64,000 nucleotides of DNA, taken from the NCBI GenBank assembly GCA_030596125.1, contig JAUVKT010000001.1, forward strand, positions 28,860 to 92,859, read 5' to 3'. Below are positions 24,727 to 33,663 of this stretch, piece by piece; position 1 is the stretch's first letter, and every line of letters starts with the position of its first letter. The DNA comes from Bacteroidales bacterium. Its GTDB lineage: Bacteria; Bacteroidota; Bacteroidia; Bacteroidales; VadinHA17. The position numbers and the translations under genes are program-made. The notes below the pieces were generated by a model. The model had not been told where the DNA came from. It was given only the letters and a program-made list of their open reading frames with translations, and did not search any database.

Positions 24727-27700
24727 ATGAATAGCATGCGAAAATTGGTGGTGTTAAATCGAAATCTAAGAAACCTTATAGTTGCAGCTTTGCTGGTGAT
24801 GGCAGGGTTAATAGTGTCAGATATAGTTTACAGAAGTGATTTTAAGTATTCATGGGAAGCGCGCGTATTTAGTAAACAGCTAAATAAGAGAGAGAAACAG
24901 GGTGCCGACTGTATAAAAAGAATGTCGGCAGAAATGCAATCCGATGCTGAGTCTTTTAACCAGGCAATAGATAATTCACGTGAACTGGGTTATGCTCTGG
25001 CATACTATGAGGATGGAAACCTGAGTTTATGGTCTGATAACACTTTTTACCTGCCTGAAAAATACAGGTCATCTGATTTTGATAAACCTTTTGTGCACCT
25101 CGGAAATCATTGGTTTGTGGTTAACCGGCTGGAGAACCAGGATGATATCTATATATGTCTGATAAAAGTATTTAACCAGTATGGGATTATAAATGACTAC
25201 ATTAAACCGGGTTTCGAGAAGGGTATGGGGCTGCCTGAAGCTACAACTCTCTCAATTAATGAAACCGAAGGTTACCCTGTATATAATAGTGAAGATGTTT
25301 TTCTTTTTTCCCTGGTTTTTGATAAAGAAAAGAGCTTTTACACATTTGTAATAACTATTCCCCTGTTAATGTGGCTTCTGTTCGTGGTTATACTTATGAT
25401 TATTGTTGACAGGTGGGCGAAAAAGTTATATATAAACGAAAAAGGAGGTTATGCTTTTCTCCTGATAGTTGCTTTTACCCTGGGTCTCTATATTATTTTT
25501 CTACTGACCGGCATGCCCGACCTGGTCAGCCAGATGGATATTTTTCAGCCTTACAGATTTTATTCCGGCGTGTTAATGCCCTCTCCTGGTCATATGTTAT
25601 TAATAAGTCTGGGTTTTACGTTTATTATTTACGGGTTTTACAGGTATTACCCTCTCTCCTTAAGGGTCTATGACAGTTCGGTAAAATTGTTGGCCATTAT
25701 CACAGTTCGCTTCCTGATAGCAGCAGTTTTGTTTTACCTGTTCAACACCCTTCTTTCAAATTCAGTCACACATTCAAATATAAATTTTGATTTTTATAAG
25801 ATACTGGATATAGATCATTTCAGTATAGTCACAATTGTTGCAACATCGCTGTTGATCGTCGGTTTGGGAATTTACCTGTTGAGAATATCTGACTCTCTAA
25901 GGGAGGTAAGGGGAAATATAGTGACAGCCGCAGCCGCAATTTCCGTAGTTGTGCTGTTAATCCTGGATCTCCTGTCGGGGGTTAACCCGATTATCCAGAT
26001 AACCTTTTTCTCATTACTGATTTTTACTGCATGGCTATTCAGGAACAGAAAGGCGAGAGTAATTAATACAGCAGTGGTTTTTTCACTGATATCCGCCTCA
26101 TATTTTTCATATTATATCTCCGGTAAAACCTGGGACAAGGAGACAGAAAATATTAAGGTTCAGGCTGTTAATTTTAGCACTGATAATGACCTGTATGGCG
26201 AATCACTACTGATAGATATATGGGAAGTAATGTGTAACGATTCTCTCCTTTCATCAATGATGAGTGTGCAATTTTTGGATCATGATGATGTGGAGGCCGT
26301 TTATGATTATCTCGATTCTGTCTATTTCAAAGATTATTGGGATAATTATGATAGTTTTTATACAGTTTGCAGACATGACTCTCCCCTGAGAATATCAGGG
26401 AAAGAAGAGGAAATTGTCAACTGTTTTGATTTTTTCAGGGACAGACGAATCAGGATGGGGATTCCTCTTACAGATACGAACCTGGTTTTTATTAATAATA
26501 TGTCGGGGAGGGCCTATTATACCGGTTGTCTCTACTTTGACCTCCCTGACGGAAATCGAAACGGTCTGTTTATAGAACTGATAAACCAGATTAAATATAT
26601 GCAACCGGGATATCCGGAATTGGTTCAGAATGATATCTATTTAACTCAGCGAATCAGAAAAGATTACTCACTTGCAAAATATATAGGAGACTCTCTCGTG
26701 ATGCAGACAGGGGCCTACCTGTTTAAACCTCTTCTTTCACCCGGCAATAGTGAAGGAGAGGAGTTTATTGTTTACCGTGATGGTTCTAATGACTACCTGA
26801 TATATAATCACTCTTCGCTGGTTACTGTCGTGATAGTGAGACCATCAGTACGGCTCATAGATATTATTGTAACCTTTACCTACTTCTTCATTTTGTTCTT
26901 TAGTATCTTCTTAATTAATATTCTATTCGTTAAACCTCCCGAAAGGCTTAATCTGTTGTTGTTTGACTTCAGGCAGAAACTGCAGTATGCATTTATGCTT
27001 ATCCTCCTGGTTACTGTGATCGCCATAGGATCTGTTGTGATAATGCTCAGTATAGCCCAGTTCAGGGGGAATTACATGGATGGTATTGAAGAGAAACTCG
27101 GGTCAGTCTATATAGAACTTGATCATAAGTTATCCAATGAGACTGAATTAACATCTGAATGGAGCCAGGCCAATTATGCTGATCTTGATGCGTTGTTGAT
27201 TAAATTCAGTAATGTATTCAAGACTGATATTAACCTTTATGATACTGACGGTAGTCTGCTTGCAACATCCAGGAAAGAGATATTTGAAAAACAGCTGACC
27301 GGCTGGAAAATGAACTACAGGGCTTTTTATGAGCTTAGTGAAAAAGGCGAATCACAGTTTATCCACGAGGAGAGTATTGGCGAACTTATGTTTCTTTCGG
27401 CATATATACCGTTCACCAATAACAGGAATGAGGTACTGGCCTACCTTAATTTGCCCTATTTTAGTATGGAAGACCGGTTGTCTGAGGAGATCTCCAATCT
27501 TATTGTGGCAATTATCAATTTTTCTTTGATATTGATCGTAATCTCTATGGGTATTGCTCTCTTTATAGCGGTAAGGATTACCAGTCCCCTCAGGATGCTT
27601 CAGGAGGGACTTGCTTCGGTGACACTTGAGAAAGAGAGCAATAAACTGGAATACAGGGGTAGGGATGAGATAGGGGAACTCGTTAACCAATACAATAATA

Positions 27701-28416
27701 TGCTTGAAGAGTTGCACGAAAGTGCGATAAAACTTGCAAGGTCAGAAAGGGAAGATGCATGGAGGGAGATGGCTAAACAGATTGCTCACGAGATAAAAAA
27801 TCCTCTTACCCCGATGAAACTTAATGTACAGCAACTTCTGAAGTCATGGCAGGACGGATCAGATGATTTCGATAAAAGATTGAAAAAATTCACTGAAAAC
27901 CAGATCGAAAATATTGATAATCTCTCTTCAATAGCTACCGAATTTTCTCATTTTGCCAGGATGCCAAAGGCAAACCCGGTAGAGACAGATCTTGTTTTAC
28001 AGATAAAAAGTGTTGCAGAGCTATTTAAAAATATCAGGAATATTAACCTGACTGTAAACTGTCACGAACTTTCAGAGGTGATTATTTATGCCGACAAAGA
28101 GCAGCTAAACAGTGTGCTTACCAACCTGATCCGCAACTCGGTGCAGGCCATACCATCTAACAAAAAAGGCATAGTGTCAATTGATATGGATATAACCGGC
28201 AACAGTGTTATTGTTTCTGTCAGCGATAATGGCGTAGGTATTCGTGATGATCTGAAGGAAAAACTTTTCTCCCCCAACTTTACTACCAAGTCATCGGGAA
28301 TGGGTATCGGACTGGCAATCGTGAAAAGGATTGTTGAGACCTCCAACGGAAAGATCTGGTTTACATCTGAAGTGGGAGAGGGAACAACATTTTATATCGA
28401 ATATCCTTTACTATAA
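24727..28416 (+). CDS. Large multi-TM sensor histidine kinase (orphan)
   Basis: It has a C-terminal HAMP-like segment, an H-box (EMAKQIAHEIKNPLTPM) and HATPase N/G boxes (TNLIRNSVQA, DNGVGI, GMGIGLAIV). The N-terminal ~900 aa contains roughly a dozen hydrophobic segments by eye and three extracytoplasmic segments. I set the start at ATG 24727 (MNSMRKL…). The ORF-track start at 24523 reads through pyrimidine-rich repeat DNA. Confidence 0.85.
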   Translation: MNSMRKLVVLNRNLRNLIVAALLVMAGLIVSDIVYRSDFKYSWEARVFSKQLNKREKQGADCIKRMSAEMQSDAESFNQAIDNSRELGYALAYYEDGNLSLWSDNTFYLPEKYRSSDFDKPFVHLGNHWFVVNRLENQDDIYICLIKVFNQYGIINDYIKPGFEKGMGLPEATTLSINETEGYPVYNSEDVFLFSLVFDKEKSFYTFVITIPLLMWLLFVVILMIIVDRWAKKLYINEKGGYAFLLIVAFTLGLYIIFLLTGMPDLVSQMDIFQPYRFYSGVLMPSPGHMLLISLGFTFIIYGFYRYYPLSLRVYDSSVKLLAIITVRFLIAAVLFYLFNTLLSNSVTHSNINFDFYKILDIDHFSIVTIVATSLLIVGLGIYLLRISDSLREVRGNIVTAAAAISVVVLLILDLLSGVNPIIQITFFSLLIFTAWLFRNRKARVINTAVVFSLISASYFSYYISGKTWDKETENIKVQAVNFSTDNDLYGESLLIDIWEVMCNDSLLSSMMSVQFLDHDDVEAVYDYLDSVYFKDYWDNYDSFYTVCRHDSPLRISGKEEEIVNCFDFFRDRRIRMGIPLTDTNLVFINNMSGRAYYTGCLYFDLPDGNRNGLFIELINQIKYMQPGYPELVQNDIYLTQRIRKDYSLAKYIGDSLVMQTGAYLFKPLLSPGNSEGEEFIVYRDGSNDYLIYNHSSLVTVVIVRPSVRLIDIIVTFTYFFILFFSIFLINILFVKPPERLNLLLFDFRQKLQYAFMLILLVTVIAIGSVVIMLSIAQFRGNYMDGIEEKLGSVYIELDHKLSNETELTSEWSQANYADLDALLIKFSNVFKTDINLYDTDGSLLATSRKEIFEKQLTGWKMNYRAFYELSEKGESQFIHEESIGELMFLSAYIPFTNNRNEVLAYLNLPYFSMEDRLSEEISNLIVAIINFSLILIVISMGIALFIAVRITSPLRMLQEGLASVTLEKESNKLEYRGRDEIGELVNQYNNMLEELHESAIKLARSEREDAWREMAKQIAHEIKNPLTPMKLNVQQLLKSWQDGSDDFDKRLKKFTENQIENIDNLSSIATEFSHFARMPKANPVETDLVLQIKSVAELFKNIRNINLTVNCHELSEVIIYADKEQLNSVLTNLIRNSVQAIPSNKKGIVSIDMDITGNSVIVSVSDNGVGIRDDLKEKLFSPNFTTKSSGMGIGLAIVKRIVETSNGKIWFTSEVGEGTTFYIEYPLL

Positions 28417-28552
28417 TCAGACAGAAACTAATTGTTAACAACGCCGTATAAGCAGGTGTAAATAACAGAGGCTCTCTATTGAGTGAATACCCCTGTTTTG
28501 GATTGTTTACATAAGTAAATTAGCTATATTAGCATTGTTGAAAATGGAGTAA

Positions 28553-31500
28553 ATGAAACTGACCGGGCAGCGAAATATATTAATCCTTTTTATCTGCTTT
28601 ATACAGTTGTTGTTGATCCCTGCTAAAAGCTCCGGATCACCACAGAGTATAAATGATGTTATTAATATTTATGGCAAGGTAACTACCGTAAATATCGATA
28701 ATGTTATACTTGATAATGTAACCGGTTTTGCACCTGGAGATACTACTCTTCTTATCCAGATGAAGGGAGGAGTGATCGACACAAATGTGGTTGCTACTAC
28801 TCAGTTTGGTTATCCTGTCGCATATGCCGGCAATACAGGTCATTATGAGTTTATTATAATAGACAATATTAACGTTGGTGCAAAAACTGTAACATTCAGA
28901 AATAATATTATTGGCACCTACGACCCGGAGGGTTTTGTTCAGCTTGTAAAAGTACCTTCGTATCATGATGTTTCTGTTGATGGAACACTTACCTGTGAAC
29001 CATGGGACAGTATTACGGGTACAGGTGGTGTTCTTGCCCTTATCTCAAAGCGACGGGTAGTGCTTAATGCCAATATTGATGTTTCAGGAAAAGGTTTTAT
29101 GGGTGGCGACAGTTCTGTTATTGCCGGATTGTGTCCAACTGATGATCCCGATCGTCTCGACAAGCTCTATTATCACAAAGACTCAACCCTGGCTGGATTT
29201 AAAGGTGAGGGGCTGGCAAGCCATATACAGGGTGGTGATAAACTTTTCATCGAGTTGTATGCTCGTGGGAAAAAATATATTTATACCGGAGGGGGTGGAG
29301 GTAACGGACAATTCTCGGGTGGCGGAGGTGGTGCCAGTTATAGCAGTGGTGGGAAAGGAGCAAAAGGTGATTGTGATTATCTTACTGCTGAAGGGTTTGG
29401 TGGCGAAGGTCTGGAACCAGGCCCTGCAACCTATAAGTTTGTGATCATGGGTGGAGGCGGCGGTGCTTCGGGATATATTACCGGTACCGGATCAAGTGGT
29501 GGTAACGGGGGCGGAATAGTGTTTATTCTTACCGATACTATTATTGGTAACGGATACTCAATAATAGCTGATGGTGAATCAGTGGTAACGGTTGCTGCAG
29601 GAGAAGGCGGTGCAGGCGGAGGTGGTGCGGCAGGCGCTATTGTTATTTCAGCCAATCAATATGCCTCATCTGATCTTACCCTTTCAGCAAACGGAGGGAA
29701 TGGTGGTAATACAGAGAATATTTTCGGATCCGGTGGCGGAGGCAGCGGGGGCCTTGTATATGCAAGTACCGATCTTTCATTAGAGCCAACTCTGACAATT
29801 TCATTTTCAGGAGGGCCTAAAGGCAGGATAAACTACCCGCCTGGAACTCCTCTGGGTTCTGATGGGAATGACGGGGAGGACCTCTTTGACCTTAAAATGC
29901 TTCTTAATGGTTTTCTATTTAACTCTATTGTCTCTGAAGTAACAAGTACTCTTACCGACTCGATATGTTTCGGGGAGATACCTCCTGTTATTAAGGGAAC
30001 CGACCCTGTGGGGGGGACAACTCCTTATACCTACAGGTGGGAGAGAAGCGATGATAATAGTACATGGATTCTTTATCCGGGTTCAGGCAGCACTAAAGAT
30101 CTGACACCCGATATACCTGAAACAGATACTGTATGGTTCAGAAGAGTGGTCACAGATGTTAGTATGCCTACTCCAATTTCAGATACAAGCAAGGCTGTAA
30201 TAATAATGGTTCAGCCATTGATTACCGGTAACCTTATAGGCTATGATACGATAATTTGTGCCGGACAGGATCCTGTGCCGCTTGTTGCAGCTAACAGTGG
30301 TCCGGGCGGAGGAAACTTGCTGTTTACCTATCAATGGATTGATTCAACCTCAGTGACTGACTGGCTCCCCTCAATGGGGGATAACACCGGTGATGCTTAT
30401 GATCCGGCAGCGCTTACATCATCAGTATATTATAAAAGAGTAACAACATCGGGAAGATGTGTTGATACCACCAGTTATGTTACAATTTCTGTTTTGCCCC
30501 TTCTTGCAGATAATACGATATCTGCCGATCAGCTGATCTGTGAAGATCATCTGTTCACAAACCTGGCAGGATCCGATCCGACAGGAGCAGATGGTGCGGG
30601 AACATATCTGTATGAATGGATCAGCAGTGTCGATGGGAGCAGCTGGGCTATTGCTGAAGGTACAATTGACGAGAAAAATTATGATCCTGATGAAGGTTCA
30701 ACGGATTTTCCGGGAGACCAGTATTTCATGAGGATTGTGCGCTCCGGGCATCTTGATTGTTGCGTTGATACATCTGCCCATGTTCTGTTAACAATGTTAT
30801 CACTTATATCAAATAATGTAATATCAGCCGATCAGGATATTTGCGAAGGTGATGTGCCCGCCCCTTTTACCGGGGGTGACCCGGGTGGTGGCGACGGCGG
30901 AACTTATACCTATATATGGGAAGACAGTACACGGATATCTGCATGGAGCCTGATTGCAGGAGCAGACCTGCGTGACTATGCACCCGGGGCACTTGCTGAT
31001 ACCACATGGTACAGAAGAGTAATTCTGTCATCTGCCTGTGACGATACAAGTAATGTTATTGTAGTAAATGTACATCCCTCTATAATAAATAATAGTATAA
31101 CAACTCTTGCGGGTGCTGTTGATACTATAATCTGTTCAACGGCTGTGCCAAATCAGCTTATTGGATCCCTGCCTGGCGGTGGTACCGGTATTTACTCTTA
31201 TGAATGGATTGTTAGTACAGATATGACCACATGGGTTACAGCGGGAGGTGTAAGTAACGTTGTCGATTATAGCCCGGGTTCGTTAACAGAGACCTCCTAC
31301 TTTAAGAGAGTGGTCTCCTCAGGAGAGTGTTCAACAGAGAGTAATATAATCACGGTAACGGTACTTCCTCTTATAGGAAACAATACTATCTCTCCTGCCC
31401 AGACAGTCTGTTATAATACAATTCCATCCCAGCTTACAGGTTCTCTCCCAACCGGTGGAGATAATACATATACCTATTTATGGGAGGAGAGTAATGATAA

Positions 31501-32701
31501 TGTAAGCTGGATCCCGGCAACAGAAATTAATAACCTTCAGAACTACCAACCGGGCATTCTTATAGTTCCTGTTTACTATAAACGAACAGTAACATCCGGA
31601 CTTTCTGATTGTTGCCAGGATACTTCCACGGAATTGCTGTTAGGGATCTATTCGTTGCCTACAGGAGTAATTGTTGTTGCAAAGGATACATCATGTGCAG
31701 GAGAAGAGGTTTCTGTCGCTATGACCCTAACCGGAGCAAATCCCTGGGATATAGTTTTAAATGATGGTGTAAATGATCATACCTTCCAGGCTACCTCATC
31801 AAATTATGATTTCAAGGATAATCCTGTTACCCCTTTTGATTATATCTACCAGTTTGTTTCAATTACTGATGCAAATGGATGTGTTGCAACAAGCATGACA
31901 GGGTCACATGAACATAAGGTATTTGAGATACCTGTCTCTGATGCCGGACCGGATGATGAGACATGCGGACTTGATTATACCCTTACAGCTATTCCAAGTG
32001 TAGGTTCCGGCTTTTGGATAAGTAACGAGGCGACTCTTACTGCTGCTGCCGATATGAGCAATAGCTCGAATGATGTAACTGTTGATACTTACGGCAGTTA
32101 CACTTTCTGGTGGAAAGAGACAAACTGGCAATGCACTGATTCTGCTTCGGTAGATATTACATTCTGGGAGGCTCCGTCACCGGCTGATGCGGGTTCTGAT
32201 ACTCTGTTGATGCCATACACTTATGAGTATCTCCTTGAAGGAATCGATCCGGCAATAGGAGTTGGTACATGGCTCGTGATCCAGAGTGATGGATCGCCGG
32301 TCTTCAGCGACAGTAACAGTGCCACAGCGCTTGTTACAATCCTGGGTGACGGAGAAAATATACTTAAATGGGTAGTTGAAAACGGAGTATGTCCGGTTGA
32401 AGAGGATATGTTAACAATAAATGTCGGGACTATTGTTATCCATTCCGGATTTTCACCAAATGGTGACGGATTAAATGACTATTTTGTAATCAATGGAATA
32501 GATAATACTGAGAATGAGTTGGTGATTACGGATATGTCCGGTTTAATTGTATATAAAATTACCAATTACAAAAACGAGTGGGACGGTTTAGATATGTATG
32601 GGAATTATCTGCCTGATGGCACATACTTCTATTTCCTGAAAGTATTATCTGAGCCAAAGAATAATTTTAAAGGGTTCATAATTATAAAAAGGAATTTTTG
32701 A
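28553..32701 (+). CDS. Giant secreted surface protein with T9SS type-B C-terminal sorting domain
   Basis: 1382 aa with a signal peptide. It has a poly-glycine region (GGGGGNGQFSGGGGGAS… GGAGGGGAAG… GSGGGGSGG) and six tandem ~90-aa Cys-containing repeats. The C-terminal domain (FSPNGDGLNDYFVINGI…GTYFYFLKV…) matches the gliding-motility/CHU_C type-B CTD (TIGR04131-like, from recollection). Confidence 0.85.
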   Translation: MKLTGQRNILILFICFIQLLLIPAKSSGSPQSINDVINIYGKVTTVNIDNVILDNVTGFAPGDTTLLIQMKGGVIDTNVVATTQFGYPVAYAGNTGHYEFIIIDNINVGAKTVTFRNNIIGTYDPEGFVQLVKVPSYHDVSVDGTLTCEPWDSITGTGGVLALISKRRVVLNANIDVSGKGFMGGDSSVIAGLCPTDDPDRLDKLYYHKDSTLAGFKGEGLASHIQGGDKLFIELYARGKKYIYTGGGGGNGQFSGGGGGASYSSGGKGAKGDCDYLTAEGFGGEGLEPGPATYKFVIMGGGGGASGYITGTGSSGGNGGGIVFILTDTIIGNGYSIIADGESVVTVAAGEGGAGGGGAAGAIVISANQYASSDLTLSANGGNGGNTENIFGSGGGGSGGLVYASTDLSLEPTLTISFSGGPKGRINYPPGTPLGSDGNDGEDLFDLKMLLNGFLFNSIVSEVTSTLTDSICFGEIPPVIKGTDPVGGTTPYTYRWERSDDNSTWILYPGSGSTKDLTPDIPETDTVWFRRVVTDVSMPTPISDTSKAVIIMVQPLITGNLIGYDTIICAGQDPVPLVAANSGPGGGNLLFTYQWIDSTSVTDWLPSMGDNTGDAYDPAALTSSVYYKRVTTSGRCVDTTSYVTISVLPLLADNTISADQLICEDHLFTNLAGSDPTGADGAGTYLYEWISSVDGSSWAIAEGTIDEKNYDPDEGSTDFPGDQYFMRIVRSGHLDCCVDTSAHVLLTMLSLISNNVISADQDICEGDVPAPFTGGDPGGGDGGTYTYIWEDSTRISAWSLIAGADLRDYAPGALADTTWYRRVILSSACDDTSNVIVVNVHPSIINNSITTLAGAVDTIICSTAVPNQLIGSLPGGGTGIYSYEWIVSTDMTTWVTAGGVSNVVDYSPGSLTETSYFKRVVSSGECSTESNIITVTVLPLIGNNTISPAQTVCYNTIPSQLTGSLPTGGDNTYTYLWEESNDNVSWIPATEINNLQNYQPGILIVPVYYKRTVTSGLSDCCQDTSTELLLGIYSLPTGVIVVAKDTSCAGEEVSVAMTLTGANPWDIVLNDGVNDHTFQATSSNYDFKDNPVTPFDYIYQFVSITDANGCVATSMTGSHEHKVFEIPVSDAGPDDETCGLDYTLTAIPSVGSGFWISNEATLTAAADMSNSSNDVTVDTYGSYTFWWKETNWQCTDSASVDITFWEAPSPADAGSDTLLMPYTYEYLLEGIDPAIGVGTWLVIQSDGSPVFSDSNSATALVTILGDGENILKWVVENGVCPVEEDMLTINVGTIVIHSGFSPNGDGLNDYFVINGIDNTENELVITDMSGLIVYKITNYKNEWDGLDMYGNYLPDGTYFYFLKVLSEPKNNFKGFIIIKRNF

Positions 32702-33651
32702 AAAGATATCGTTATATATTATTGTCATTGACACTACTTTTCCCTTCGATCCTTATTGCCCAGGATAGTGGGGAATTTACTATTGCTAACCAGTATCCCA
32801 TTTACAGTCAGTATCTTCTTGATGGACTGGTAATAAATCCTGCTTACGCCGGAACAAGAGATGCCCTTAGCATATCACTTACCGGTCGTAAAAGAATGCT
32901 GGGATTCACCGGTGAGAGTTCAATGCAGTCTTTATCGCTTCATACTCCTCTTAAAACAGAGAGGATAGCCCTGGGATTATCGGTAAGCCATATTACCTAT
33001 GGTGTTACTAAGCAGACAAGCTTCTATGGATATTATGCCTTTCATATTAAGGACGACAGAGGGTTATGGTCGCTGGGAATAAAGGCAGGAGCAGATATGA
33101 CAACTTCTGATTATTCAGGAATTACAACTGCTGATCCGGGAGATCCTGTTTTCGAAGGTGGAAATGAATCACATGTAATGCCAAATGTGGGAACCGGCAT
33201 ATACTATAAAAACAGGAAGTTCTTTGCAGGACTTGCAGTTCCAGCTCTTCTGACATATAAATCAGATACTATATCTTCGGGATACAGGCTTAAACCCGAC
33301 TTAAACTATTATGATATCCTTTTTTCAGCTGGCGCTCTGATCACCTTCTCTGAAGTATTCAAATTTAAACCTTCGGTGCTGGTAAAGTATTCTATAACAA
33401 ATTCGCTCCGGGTAGACATAAATGGTAATTTTATTGTTTACGACATTTTATGGTTAGGTGCCTCATGGCGAATTGGGGAAGATGCACTGGTGGGAATTGT
33501 TGCAATACAGATTTCGCAACAATTGAGACTGGGATATTCTTATGATTGGAGCATGGGTGTGTTGACCGGTTTTTCCGGGGGAACCCACGAAATAGGGTTA
33601 ATGTTCGATTTTGGAAAAAAGGTAACAGCAGCAAATCCGCGATATTTCTGA
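32698..33651 (+). CDS. PorP/SprF family type IX secretion system membrane protein
   Basis: 317 aa. The TTG start overlaps the upstream TGA, and the encoded signal peptide supports it (…FPSILIAQD). It has an N-terminal YSQYLLDGLVINPAYAG motif and beta-barrel-like strands ending …NPRYF. PorP/SprF genes typically follow type-B CTD cargo genes. Confidence 0.85.
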   Translation: MKRYRYILLSLTLLFPSILIAQDSGEFTIANQYPIYSQYLLDGLVINPAYAGTRDALSISLTGRKRMLGFTGESSMQSLSLHTPLKTERIALGLSVSHITYGVTKQTSFYGYYAFHIKDDRGLWSLGIKAGADMTTSDYSGITTADPGDPVFEGGNESHVMPNVGTGIYYKNRKFFAGLAVPALLTYKSDTISSGYRLKPDLNYYDILFSAGALITFSEVFKFKPSVLVKYSITNSLRVDINGNFIVYDILWLGASWRIGEDALVGIVAIQISQQLRLGYSYDWSMGVLTGFSGGTHEIGLMFDFGKKVTAANPRYF

Positions 33652-33663
33652 TGATATAAACAG

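Noticed and set aside
28544-28552. Minimal in-frame uORF ATG-GAG-TAA directly abutting the ATG of the giant cargo gene.
   Set aside because: A 2-codon ORF in AT-rich DNA is easily chance. I have no way to support a regulatory role from sequence alone.
29431-29655. Pro/Ala-rich 74-aa ORF (…APAAPPPPAPPSPAA…) on the minus strand.
   Set aside because: It is simply the reverse complement of the GGN-rich glycine block of the large cargo gene, not an independent gene.
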